NCBI GenBank assembly: GCA_035526025.1
Contig: DATLDE010000008.1
Coordinates: forward strand, 1 to 54,551
Direction of reading: 5' to 3'
Source of the DNA: Candidatus Limnocylindrales bacterium
GTDB taxonomy: Bacteria > Patescibacteriota > Microgenomatia > Levybacterales > UBA12049
Length of the DNA: 54,551 nucleotides
Shown: piece by piece, positions 18,105 to 26,498 of the stretch
Layout of the letters: every line of letters starts with the position of its first letter
Position numbering within the stretch: position 1 is the stretch's first letter
Position numbers and translations under genes: made by a program
The notes under the pieces: model-generated
Told to the model about the DNA's origin: nothing
What the model saw: the letters and a program-made list of their open reading frames with translations, nothing else
Databases searched by the model: none

Positions 18105-18431
18105 ATGGATTGTTTATTTTGTAAATTTGTAACTGGGGAAATAAAGAAAGAATTTTTATATGAAGATTCAGATGTGATGGTTTTCCCTGACATTCATCCA
18201 CTTAAGCCTGTTCATCTTTTGATAGTTCCCAAAAAACATGTCACAGAATTTCAGGCTGTTGATGACCCGGTACTTTTTCAGAAAATATTTAAGGTAGCTC
18301 AGCAAATGATAAAAAGAGAAGGCCTGACAGATAAGCCTCATAGAATTGGAATTAATGGTGGAGGCGCACAAGACATAAATCATCTTCATATCCACCTCAT
18401 GGGTCCATTAAATAAAACGGATGGGATGTAA
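18105..18431 (+). CDS. HIT-family nucleotide hydrolase (HinT-like)
   Basis: DCLFC, DIHPLKPVHLLIVPKKH and HLHIHLM histidine triad. Confidence 0.93.
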   Translation: MDCLFCKFVTGEIKKEFLYEDSDVMVFPDIHPLKPVHLLIVPKKHVTEFQAVDDPVLFQKIFKVAQQMIKREGLTDKPHRIGINGGGAQDINHLHIHLMGPLNKTDGM

Positions 18432-18432
18432 A

Positions 18433-18876
18433 TTAGGCGGTCTCAGGAGGTTTAAATGCATCAAGAAACTCTGTGATCAGTCTATCCGTAGTGTCTGAGG
18501 CAACTTGCGTTTCAGTCTGAAAATCAGGTGGTTCCGTTCCATCAGTATCATTTCCTATTCCATTCGCCAATATGTGTCCGTAGTTATCTGCGGATATAAA
18601 ACGACCTTCTCGAGAGAAGTGGGGACTTATTCCTTCTTTTGATAGAGATGCATCTTGAGTTGAGCTATCTGAGGGATAGTTCCATGAAGCACGACATCTA
18701 TAAACTATTCCATTTTTCGTTATTGATAATTCGACACCGGTGGAGTTTGAAGTATCAACAATACTGCCTAAACCTGTTCTGAGTTTAAGTGCGAGTCTTT
18801 TTGATTCAGTGACAAGCCTTTCAGGCGCTAGCCTGTTTTCAGGGCCATTGCTTACCGGACCTTGAGCTTCTTTCAT
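18433..18876 (-). CDS. Hypothetical protein
   Basis: ORF convergent with the HIT gene; ATG 18876 (track start 18894). No motif recognised. Confidence 0.6.
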   Translation of the reverse strand: MKEAQGPVSNGPENRLAPERLVTESKRLALKLRTGLGSIVDTSNSTGVELSITKNGIVYRCRASWNYPSDSSTQDASLSKEGISPHFSREGRFISADNYGHILANGIGNDTDGTEPPDFQTETQVASDTTDRLITEFLDAFKPPETA

Positions 18877-18902
18877 GGTTGCATTATAGTTCAACCTTAT
18901 TG

Positions 18903-19070
18903 TTTACACAAGGCAGGTTTTGAGGTAGAATAGACAGACAAAGGAATTTACCCTCCTGAACTTTCCGTTTGCCTTTAGGTACTATTCGTACACGGCTCTC
19001 GGAGCGTTCCTAGGCGGGTTCTGAAACTCTAGAACTCACTCGCAACACGGTTCGTTAAGAGTTTCTAGAA
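18903..19070 (+). promoter_or_regulatory. Promoter and ~150-nt structured leader upstream of rpsU
   Basis: TTTACA (18903-08), 17 nt, TAGAAT (18926-31). Several hairpins follow, including GAAACTCT 19023-30 / AGAGTTTC 19058-65. Confidence 0.5.
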
Positions 19071-19088
19071 AAGGGGGTGTTTTATATT

Positions 19089-19277
19089 ATGGTACATGTT
19101 AAAAAAATGCCTGGTCAATCAGATGATCAGGTAATAAGAAATTTTTCAAAAAAAGTTATGGATGCTGGGATTGTCCAGGAGGCCAAAAGACGCAAATTTT
19201 ACCTCAAGCCATCCCTTGCAAAAAAATTAAAGAAAAAAATGAAGCAAGAAGAAGCTGCCCGGGTCAAGCTTTTCTAA
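19089..19277 (+). CDS. rpsU: 30S ribosomal protein S21
   Basis: V.KK...S.DQ.IR.F.KKV...GIVQEAKRRKFYLKPS pattern. AAGGGGGTG (19071-79) is best read as the SD for ATG 19089. Confidence 0.88.
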   Translation: MVHVKKMPGQSDDQVIRNFSKKVMDAGIVQEAKRRKFYLKPSLAKKLKKKMKQEEAARVKLF

Positions 19278-19663
19278 TGGAAAACGTAAATGTTCTAATC
19301 TATGTTGAAAGCAGGTATAAAGTCAGCAGAAAAAAAATAAAGTCTGCTGTCTACAATGTCTTCGAAGAAAACGGTCTTCAGAGTCCCATTGAAGTTTCAA
19401 TTGCGATTGTCGGCGACCGGAAAATGGCCAAGCTCAATAAGCAGTACCGTGATAAGGAGGGAACTACCAATATTCTCTCGTTTCCGCTCGCGGAAGGTGA
19501 GTCTTCCAAGCTTCCATCAGGTGTCACGCGGCTTGGGGACATTATAATTTCTTATCCGATGGTCATAAAAGAAGCAGCGCGGGATGAGATGTTGGTTGAT
19601 GAGCGGATTGAAGAGCTTGTTAGACATGGAATGCTGCACCTACTGGGATTACATCACCAGTAG
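19277..19663 (+). CDS. ybeY: rRNA maturation endoribonuclease YbeY
   Basis: LNKQYRDKEGTTNILSF, LGDIIIS and HGMLHLLG motifs; TAATG coupling to rpsU. Confidence 0.95.
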   Translation: MENVNVLIYVESRYKVSRKKIKSAVYNVFEENGLQSPIEVSIAIVGDRKMAKLNKQYRDKEGTTNILSFPLAEGESSKLPSGVTRLGDIIISYPMVIKEAARDEMLVDERIEELVRHGMLHLLGLHHQ

Positions 19664-19798
19664 GAAATACGAATATCAAAATACGAAATCCGAAACAAAT
19701 ACAAATGTTTAAAACACAAATGCTCAAATAACTTTTGAGTTTAGGTAATTAGGATTTTTGAGATTGTTTCGAGTTTCGATATTCTTATTTCGAATTTT
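19664..19798. repeat. Heptamer-periodic imperfect palindrome (ybeY-dnaX gap)
   Basis: Left arm GAAATAC GAATATC AAAATAC GAAATCC GAAACAA (19664-98); right arm TTGTTTC GAGTTTC GATATTC TTATTTC GAATTTT (19764-98). Confidence 0.8.
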
Positions 19799-19804
19799 TA
19801 AAGT

Positions 19805-21322
19805 ATGGTTTTTTATAGAAAGTACCGCCCGCAGACTATTGATGATCTTGACAGTAGTGAAGTGCGTGAGTTACTTTCCTCAATTCTATCCAAAACTCCT
19901 CCAGCCCACGCCCTGCTTTTTACTGGTCCCAAAGGCCTTGGGAAGACATCTAGTGCCAGAATTGTTGCCAAGGTGGTAAATTGTACAGCTTCCGAAAAAA
20001 AGCGTAAGAATGGTTTTGAACCTTGCGGAGTATGTGAGAGCTGTGTTTCCATTCGGGATGGACTAAATATGGATATTCTCGAGATAGACGCAGCAAGTAA
20101 TCGGGGAATTGATGAGATCAGAGATCTCAAAGAGAAAATACGTCTGTCTCCTCTTTCTTCTAAGATGAAGGTCTACATAATCGATGAGGTGCACATGTTG
20201 ACAACTGAGGCATTTAATGCACTTCTGAAGACGCTTGAGGAGCCGCCTGAGCATGCGATGTTCATCCTTTGCACAACAGAACAGCAGAAAGTTCCTGCAA
20301 CGATTTTGTCACGGTGTTTTCACATAGCTTTCAAAAAAGCAACGGAGGATGAATTAATTCGGTCTTTCACTCGGATTACGAAAGGGGAGAATATAACAGT
20401 TGATAAGGAAACGCTGAAATTTATTGCCGGACTTTCAGATGGGGCATTTAGAGACGGTGTAAAAATTCTTGAGGAAATGAGTTTTTTGTCCCATTCGGCA
20501 GGCTCAGGGCAAGCTAAAATAATCACCAAAAAACTAATTGAAGAAAAATACAATGTAGTGTCCATAGGCAAAAACGTTGAGGATATGGTCAGTTATTTAA
20601 CCAATCAAGAGATAAATAACGCTCTTTCTCTGGTAACTCAGATAACAGATCAGGGAATTGACATGAAACAATTCACACAAAGCTTAATTGAAAATATTCA
20701 TGAAAAACTATTGGATGAAGTAGCTCGGGAAAAAGGGAAAGGATTAAATGAAAAGATTAGGATGTTGATAGTAATGGCTGAAGTTTTATCAAAGGCTTAT
20801 CAAGATTCAAAAAATGCTGTAATTCCACAATTGCCTCTTGAGTTAGCTATACTTGAACTCGGAACTTCCCGAGGAGAAAATATGGCTCAAGCTCCGGTAA
20901 CGTTTGATAACGGTGTTTCTGTTTCTTCGTTAAGAAAACAAATAGGTAATATTAAAAAAACAAATGCAATGTATGGTACTCCTGTTTTGAAAACCCCAAT
21001 TAAAGAAGAAGAGGATGTAAGTAGTAAAGCATCAAAAGTTTCACTATTACACACATCAAATAGTGAAGTCACTAAAGAGTGGCTTGAAAGTCTGTGGAGC
21101 AATTTAATATCAGAAATGAAATTATATAATCACACGATTGCAGGAGTATTAAGAGGTTGTAGAATTAGCGGTTTTGATAAGGAGCGGTTGGTAATTGAGA
21201 CAAATTATAAATTTCATAAAGAGCGACTTGATGATCCCAAAACCAAATCAGAGCTTTCAAGAGTAGCCAAATTGCTCACTGGAAAAGAAGTGATAGTTGA
21301 GGTACAATTGAAAAGTAAATAA
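19805..21322 (+). CDS. dnaX: DNA polymerase III subunit gamma/tau
   Basis: YRKYRPQT, GPKGLGKTS Walker A, C4 zinc module, EIDAASNRGIDEIR, IIDEVHML, LLKTLEEPP and TILSRC. Confidence 0.97.
   Translation: MVFYRKYRPQTIDDLDSSEVRELLSSILSKTPPAHALLFTGPKGLGKTSSARIVAKVVNCTASEKKRKNGFEPCGVCESCVSIRDGLNMDILEIDAASNRGIDEIRDLKEKIRLSPLSSKMKVYIIDEVHMLTTEAFNALLKTLEEPPEHAMFILCTTEQQKVPATILSRCFHIAFKKATEDELIRSFTRITKGENITVDKETLKFIAGLSDGAFRDGVKILEEMSFLSHSAGSGQAKIITKKLIEEKYNVVSIGKNVEDMVSYLTNQEINNALSLVTQITDQGIDMKQFTQSLIENIHEKLLDEVAREKGKGLNEKIRMLIVMAEVLSKAYQDSKNAVIPQLPLELAILELGTSRGENMAQAPVTFDNGVSVSSLRKQIGNIKKTNAMYGTPVLKTPIKEEEDVSSKASKVSLLHTSNSEVTKEWLESLWSNLISEMKLYNHTIAGVLRGCRISGFDKERLVIETNYKFHKERLDDPKTKSELSRVAKLLTGKEVIVEVQLKSK
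20486..20512 (+). repeat. REP-like mini-hairpin in frame within dnaX
   Basis: TTGTCC-CATTCGGCAGGCTCA-GGGCAA, read within ...LSHSAGSGQA.... It shares TTC-N7-TCAGG with the right arm of the 1233-1294 repeat. Confidence 0.6.
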
Positions 21323-21429
21323 ATTTTCAATTTGAAATTTTCAATTTTCATTGAAAAAATAAATATTTAAAAATTTAAATTTAATACATTTGATATTCAT
21401 TTCAAATTATAAATTTAAAACTGAAAATT
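21322..21429. repeat. Heptamer-periodic imperfect palindrome (dnaX-ybaB gap)
   Basis: AATTTTC AATTTGA AATTTTC AATTTTC left arm with inverted GAAAATT-type right arm. Core 21360-90 matches 39070-39100 at 28/31. Confidence 0.8.
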
Positions 21430-21447
21430 AATAGGGGGTGATATTTT

Positions 21448-21738
21448 ATGAATAATCCATTTTCACAATTAGGAGAACTTAAAAAAATGAGGGATCAGGC
21501 AATGGCGATCCAAAAGCAGCTTAAAATGGAGGAAGTTGAAATTAATAAACATGGAGTATATGTGCGTATTTCAGGAGATCAGGAAATACGTGAGATTATA
21601 TCCAACGGCAAATCTGACAATGATATTAAAGGAGCTGTGAACGAAGCAGTTAAAAAATCTCAAGAAGTTGCTGCTAAAAAACTCCAAAGTATGTCAGGCG
21701 GAATGGGTGGTTTGGGAGGATTACTCGGAGGTAAATAA
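21448..21738 (+). CDS. ybaB: YbaB/EbfC nucleoid-associated protein
   Basis: Size, A..IQKQL / V.V.ISGDQEI / AVNEA pattern and dnaX-ybaB-recR synteny; SD AGGGGGTGA. Confidence 0.88.
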   Translation: MNNPFSQLGELKKMRDQAMAIQKQLKMEEVEINKHGVYVRISGDQEIREIISNGKSDNDIKGAVNEAVKKSQEVAAKKLQSMSGGMGGLGGLLGGK

Positions 21739-21740
21739 TA

Positions 21741-22694
21741 ATGACTGAAGATTACGTTTTATTAACAGGTCGTTCCAATCCAAAGCTCGCAACAGATGTT
21801 GCGAAAATTCTCAAACAGGAAATTCACCATCCTATCAGTGTTTTTTCTGATGGGGAAATTAGGGTACGTATTCCAACTAGCATGCGAAACATGCATGTCT
21901 TTATCATCCAACCCACCGCTCCAAATGTTAATGACAGCATTATGGAGCTTTTGCTTATGATAGATGCAGCCAAGAGGTCAAGTGCTGCTGAGATTTCTGC
22001 GATCATTCCATATTATGCATATTCCAGACAAGACAGAAAAGAGCAGCCAAGGGTTCCAATAAGCTCCAGTGTGGTTGCGAATATGATTATGCAAGCTGGT
22101 GCCACTCAAATTCTAACAATTGAAATTCACTCCCAGCAGCAACAAGGTTTTGTAAAAATCCCTTGGGACAATTTATATGGAAGTTATGCATTGTTACCAG
22201 TTCTCAAGTCCCGCAAATTCAGGAATTTAGTCGTTGCATCTCCTGATAAAGGAGGACTGATTCAAGCGACCGGTTATGCAAAGTTATTGGGCGCTGAAGG
22301 AGTGGCGCTTGTATATAAAGAACGTGATGTAGCTGTTAACAATAAATCAGAAACACTTGCAATGATAGGAGATGTTAAAGGTAAAAACGTATTGATAGTT
22401 GATGATGTAATCGATACTGCAGGAACTATCGTAAATGCTGCAAATTATATTAAAAAACAGGGTGCAGAAAGTGTAACGCTCGCAGTAACACATGGATTGT
22501 TTTCGGGCGCAGCACTTGAAAAGATCGCAAGCCCTGCGATAAAAGAAGTAATGATTACTGACTCTATAAAGCCTACAGAAGCAATACTCAAAACAAAGAA
22601 AATTCAAATCGCATCGATCGCACCCCTTCTTGCAGCAGCAATTCAGAGAATCCAGACAGGGGAATCAATCAGCCGTGATTTGATATTAAAATAA
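21741..22694 (+). CDS. prs: Ribose-phosphate pyrophosphokinase (copy 1)
   Basis: FSDGEI, PYYAYSRQDRK, SPDKGG and PRPP-binding IVDDVIDTAGT. Confidence 0.95.
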   Translation: MTEDYVLLTGRSNPKLATDVAKILKQEIHHPISVFSDGEIRVRIPTSMRNMHVFIIQPTAPNVNDSIMELLLMIDAAKRSSAAEISAIIPYYAYSRQDRKEQPRVPISSSVVANMIMQAGATQILTIEIHSQQQQGFVKIPWDNLYGSYALLPVLKSRKFRNLVVASPDKGGLIQATGYAKLLGAEGVALVYKERDVAVNNKSETLAMIGDVKGKNVLIVDDVIDTAGTIVNAANYIKKQGAESVTLAVTHGLFSGAALEKIASPAIKEVMITDSIKPTEAILKTKKIQIASIAPLLAAAIQRIQTGESISRDLILK

Positions 22695-22743
22695 CGTTTT
22701 ATTTATTGCTTCAATCAATTCGTAATAGTACAATAGAAAGCAG

Positions 22744-23664
22744 ATGAAGATATTTAGTGGTAGTAGCAACAAGCCTCTTTCAGAAAAAACAGCAAAAATA
22801 TTAGGATTGAATGTGTCTCCAATAGAGTTATTTATTTTTCCGGATGGTGAGAGGAGAATAAAGTTAAATGATAACGTTGTTGATGATGATACCGTTGTGA
22901 TTCAGTCAACTGCAACACCAGTTGATCAAAATTACACCGAGCTATTCTTCATCATTGACGCACTAAAAAGATCAGGTGCTAAATCAGTTACAACTGTTAT
23001 TCCATATCTTGGCTATCAACGTCAGGATCATGTTTTTAGAGACGGTGAAAGTGTTTCTCTTCAAGTTATGGTAAAGCTTCTGGAATCATTAAATGTTGAT
23101 AAAGTAATTATGCTGGACTTGCATAGTATTAAGATTCCTGAATTTTTCCATGTCCCGATAATCCATCTTTCAGCATTGCCATTGTTTGCTGAGGAAATTA
23201 GAAAAATCCAAGGAGAAGATAAAAATTCGATTCTCATCTCGCCTGATATGGGAGGTCTCAGAAGAATACAGAAAATGTCAGATCTTCTAGATAATATGCC
23301 ATGGGTAGCAACGGTTAAAGACCGCGATTTGGATACCGGAAATATAGATATTTCAAAGATTGATTTGTTCGAATCAGGTTTAACTCACAAGGATTTGAAA
23401 GGTAAAAAAGCATTTATTGTTGATGATATGACCTCAAGCGGTAAGACACTGGTTAAATCTTCTCAGCTTTTAAACCAATATGGCGTTGAGGAAATTTATG
23501 CATTTATAACTCATCCGATTTTTTCAGCTGATGCTCCTCATATTCTTCAAAAATCAACGATTACAAAAGTCTTTACAACTGACTCTGTATTTATACCCGA
23601 GGAAAAGCATTTTCCCAAACTTGAGGTTCTGTCAATTTCTAAAATGATCTCTGAAAATTTATGA
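22744..23664 (+). CDS. prs: Ribose-phosphate pyrophosphokinase (copy 2, divergent)
   Basis: FPDGE, PYLGYQRQD, DLH, SPDMGG and IVDDMTSSGKT. Own promoter TTGCTT(22706-11)-17-TACAAT(22729-34). Confidence 0.92.
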   Translation: MKIFSGSSNKPLSEKTAKILGLNVSPIELFIFPDGERRIKLNDNVVDDDTVVIQSTATPVDQNYTELFFIIDALKRSGAKSVTTVIPYLGYQRQDHVFRDGESVSLQVMVKLLESLNVDKVIMLDLHSIKIPEFFHVPIIHLSALPLFAEEIRKIQGEDKNSILISPDMGGLRRIQKMSDLLDNMPWVATVKDRDLDTGNIDISKIDLFESGLTHKDLKGKKAFIVDDMTSSGKTLVKSSQLLNQYGVEEIYAFITHPIFSADAPHILQKSTITKVFTTDSVFIPEEKHFPKLEVLSISKMISENL

Positions 23665-24269
23665 GAATTCCAAAAGCAATCACTCAGATAGTTGAGAGTT
23701 TTGAACGACTTCCAGGAGTGGGGCCAAAGACTGCTCAACGTCTTGCATTTTATTTATTGCATGTTCCGCAGGGAGAGCTTGATAGATTTGCAGCGTCTGT
23801 GCAAAATCTCAAAAAAAACACCACCATTTGCTCCGTTTGCCATTCTGTTGATGAAACAGACCCATGTAGTATTTGTAGCGACGAGAGACGCAACCAGAGC
23901 TTGATTTGCGTTGTTGAGCAGCCTTTGGATATCTTAAGTCTTGAAAAAAGCGGAAGATATAAAGGTGTTTACCACGTGCTTCATGGAAAAATTGATCCGT
24001 TAAATAACATCGGACCTGATGAGATTTTCATTCAGCAATTATTGGATAGAGTTAGAAATCATGACCTGGGAATAAGTGAAACAATACTTGCAACCAATCC
24101 CACAATGGAAGGGGAGGCAACAGCGATGTATATAAGTAAACAATTAAAATTGCAAAATCCTGAATTGAAAATAACCAGAATCGGTCGAGGATTGCCGACT
24201 GGTGCCGATATAGAATATGCTGACTCTACAACTCTTGATCAAGCAATGACAGGCAGAAGCGATTACTGA
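23661..24269 (+). CDS. recR: Recombination mediator RecR
   Basis: LPGVGPKTAQRLAFYLL, C4 zinc finger, ICVVE, YHVLHG, ATNPTMEGEATA and GLPTGADIEYAD. Confidence 0.98.
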   Translation: MRIPKAITQIVESFERLPGVGPKTAQRLAFYLLHVPQGELDRFAASVQNLKKNTTICSVCHSVDETDPCSICSDERRNQSLICVVEQPLDILSLEKSGRYKGVYHVLHGKIDPLNNIGPDEIFIQQLLDRVRNHDLGISETILATNPTMEGEATAMYISKQLKLQNPELKITRIGRGLPTGADIEYADSTTLDQAMTGRSDY

Positions 24270-24281
24270 TATAATAAATTA

Positions 24282-24896
24282 ATGCCTATAAATCCATTTA
24301 AAGCCAATGAGGAGTCCAGCTTTGAGCAGGGAATATCTATAAATAAGCCTGCAAAAGCAGTAACAGCTCAATCCCAGCAACAAGCAAAAAAATTCCAAGA
24401 TGATTTTGTAAATCAGCTCTATGGATTTAGTGATAAATCCACGCAAGGTGATGATCAGGCAGATCCCGCTACAGCCAATCAGCCCAAACCTACTCCTCCT
24501 CCGCCACCTCCCAAACAAGTTCATAAGCTTGGTGGGATGTCAGACTCTGGTGATCATGCAAAATATGCTGCGATGCAGGCATTACTAGAAAAAGGAGATA
24601 AGAAAGGTGCTGATGATGCAATGCACCACATGCAATATTATTACGATACAACTATCGGAACTCTTGAGGAGCAGGTAAAAAAAGCTCGGCAAAAGACTCA
24701 GCAGGATCGTCAGGAAAAGGAAAAGCAGGAACAGGAGGATGATGATAAGAAGAAGCAGGAGATGGCCGAGAAATCGCAAGATCTACCCCAAGCCACCGGA
24801 AAAGGAAGAAATAGAATGGGTAAAAAACCAAAAACAGATATGGGTCTAAAGATGGGGCAAATGAAGACAGAGACCTTCCGGGGCTCAAGCGGGTAG
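24282..24896 (+). CDS. Hypothetical Gln/Lys/Asp/Pro-rich protein
   Basis: 204-aa low-complexity, probably coiled-coil ORF directly after recR. Confidence 0.75.
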   Translation: MPINPFKANEESSFEQGISINKPAKAVTAQSQQQAKKFQDDFVNQLYGFSDKSTQGDDQADPATANQPKPTPPPPPPKQVHKLGGMSDSGDHAKYAAMQALLEKGDKKGADDAMHHMQYYYDTTIGTLEEQVKKARQKTQQDRQEKEKQEQEDDDKKKQEMAEKSQDLPQATGKGRNRMGKKPKTDMGLKMGQMKTETFRGSSG

Positions 24897-24982
24897 ATAA
24901 GTAACAAACTATTTTGTACAAAGTATTTAGTATGTTTTTGAATTTTGCCTCAAGTAAGCTATAATACGTATACAAAGTATAC

Positions 24983-25063
24983 AATCCAAAATGCAAAGCG
25001 AAAAGTTTGGATATTTTTTAATTTTGAACTGCAACTTTTGATATTTAACTTTGTACTTTTAAC
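24983..25063. repeat. Heptamer-periodic AT-rich element in the cysS 5' region
   Basis: TTTTGAA CTGCAAC TTTTGAT ATTTAAC TTTGTAC TTTTAAC (25022-63), preceded by A-rich inverted heptamers; ends 2 nt before the cysS ATG. Confidence 0.6.
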
Positions 25064-25065
25064 AT

Positions 25066-26457
25066 ATGTTTAAGCTCTACAATTCTCTCACACGAAAGGT
25101 CGAAGTATTCAAACCCATTAATGAAAAACAGGTCGGAGTATACACCTGTGGACCTACTGTATATAGCTTTGCACATATTGGTAATTTCAGAACCTACACA
25201 ACCGCAGATCTCTTCATAAGGGCTCTCAAATATAACGGGTATAACGTTAAGTATATTATGAATTTAACAGACGTAGGTCACCTGACGGGAGATAATCTGG
25301 GTGATGCGGACACTGGTGAGGACAGGATGGAAAAAGCCGCCAAGAAAGAAGGAAAGACCGCTTGGGAAATAGCGAAATTCTACACAGAAGCATTTCTTAA
25401 GGATTATGAACTTCTTGGACTGACAAAACCAGAAAAATTTGCCAAAGCAACAGATCACATTAAGGAACAAATAGAACTGGTAACGCGCCTTGAGAAAAAA
25501 GGGTTTACCTATACCACAAGTGATGGGGTATATTTTGACACCTCGAAAATGAAAGATTATGGTAAGCTCTCAGATCTTGATCAGATTAAAGAAGGTGCAC
25601 GAGTTGAGGTAAATGAAGAGAAAAAAAATCCACGGGATTTTGCACTGTGGAAATTTTCCCTAGTACCGGGAAAGCGCCATATGGAATGGAAAAGCCCATG
25701 GGGAGTAGGATTTCCGGGATGGCATATAGAGTGTTCTGCGATGGGCATGAAGTATCTTGGGGAAAGTTTTGATATTCATGCTGGTGGAGTTGATCTGAAG
25801 CAGACCCACCATCCAAATGAAATTGCCCAATCTGAAGCTGCGACGGGTAAAAAGTTTGTAAATTATTGGATTCATAGTGCGTTTATTTTGGTACAAGGGG
25901 AGAGGATGAGTAAAAGTCTTGGAAACAATTATAGACTCTACGATCTTGATAAAAGCGGTTATCATCCCATAAGTCTTAAATATTTATATCTTCAGACTCA
26001 TTATCGTAAAGAGATGAATTTCACATTCCCATCACTTGATGCTGCCGAGAATGCATTAAAGAATTTACTTCAGGAAGTAGCAATGTGGGATGAACCTTCA
26101 GGTTCACTCGCAGATTTTGAGCAAAGGTTCAAAGACGCAGTGAATGATGATCTCAATATGCCACAAGCCCTTGCTGTGATGTGGGAGATGGTCAAATCAG
26201 ATAAGCCATCTGGGGCCAAAGCGGCAGCTCTTTTTAAGATGGATGAGGTGCTGGGTCTTGGACTACAGCAAAAAAGTGAAGTAGTAAAAGCTGATGAGGG
26301 AATCATACCAGATCATATAAAAGAATTGGTAATGGAGCGGGAGCAATTCAGACGCGAAAAGCGTTTTAATATGGCAGATCAAATAAGAAGTAAGATTGTA
26401 AAAATGGGATATATTGTGGAGGATACTGATAAAGGCATCAAAGTCCGCAAATCATAA
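25066..26457 (+). CDS. cysS: Cysteine--tRNA ligase
   Basis: CGPTVY, HIGN, PGWHIECSAM, DIHAGG and MSKS motifs. Confidence 0.98.
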   Translation: MFKLYNSLTRKVEVFKPINEKQVGVYTCGPTVYSFAHIGNFRTYTTADLFIRALKYNGYNVKYIMNLTDVGHLTGDNLGDADTGEDRMEKAAKKEGKTAWEIAKFYTEAFLKDYELLGLTKPEKFAKATDHIKEQIELVTRLEKKGFTYTTSDGVYFDTSKMKDYGKLSDLDQIKEGARVEVNEEKKNPRDFALWKFSLVPGKRHMEWKSPWGVGFPGWHIECSAMGMKYLGESFDIHAGGVDLKQTHHPNEIAQSEAATGKKFVNYWIHSAFILVQGERMSKSLGNNYRLYDLDKSGYHPISLKYLYLQTHYRKEMNFTFPSLDAAENALKNLLQEVAMWDEPSGSLADFEQRFKDAVNDDLNMPQALAVMWEMVKSDKPSGAKAAALFKMDEVLGLGLQQKSEVVKADEGIIPDHIKELVMEREQFRREKRFNMADQIRSKIVKMGYIVEDTDKGIKVRKS

Positions 26458-26498
26458 CCTAAATTATATTTAAAAACCTATTTCCCACTTTTCCTAAA

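Noticed and set aside
18938-19070. rpsU leader as a tRNA, SRP RNA or known riboswitch (TPP, SAM, c-di-GMP, fluoride)
   Set aside because: No cloverleaf or TTC-GA T-arm in the right context, and none of the conserved cores is recognisable. Kept only as an unassigned structured leader.
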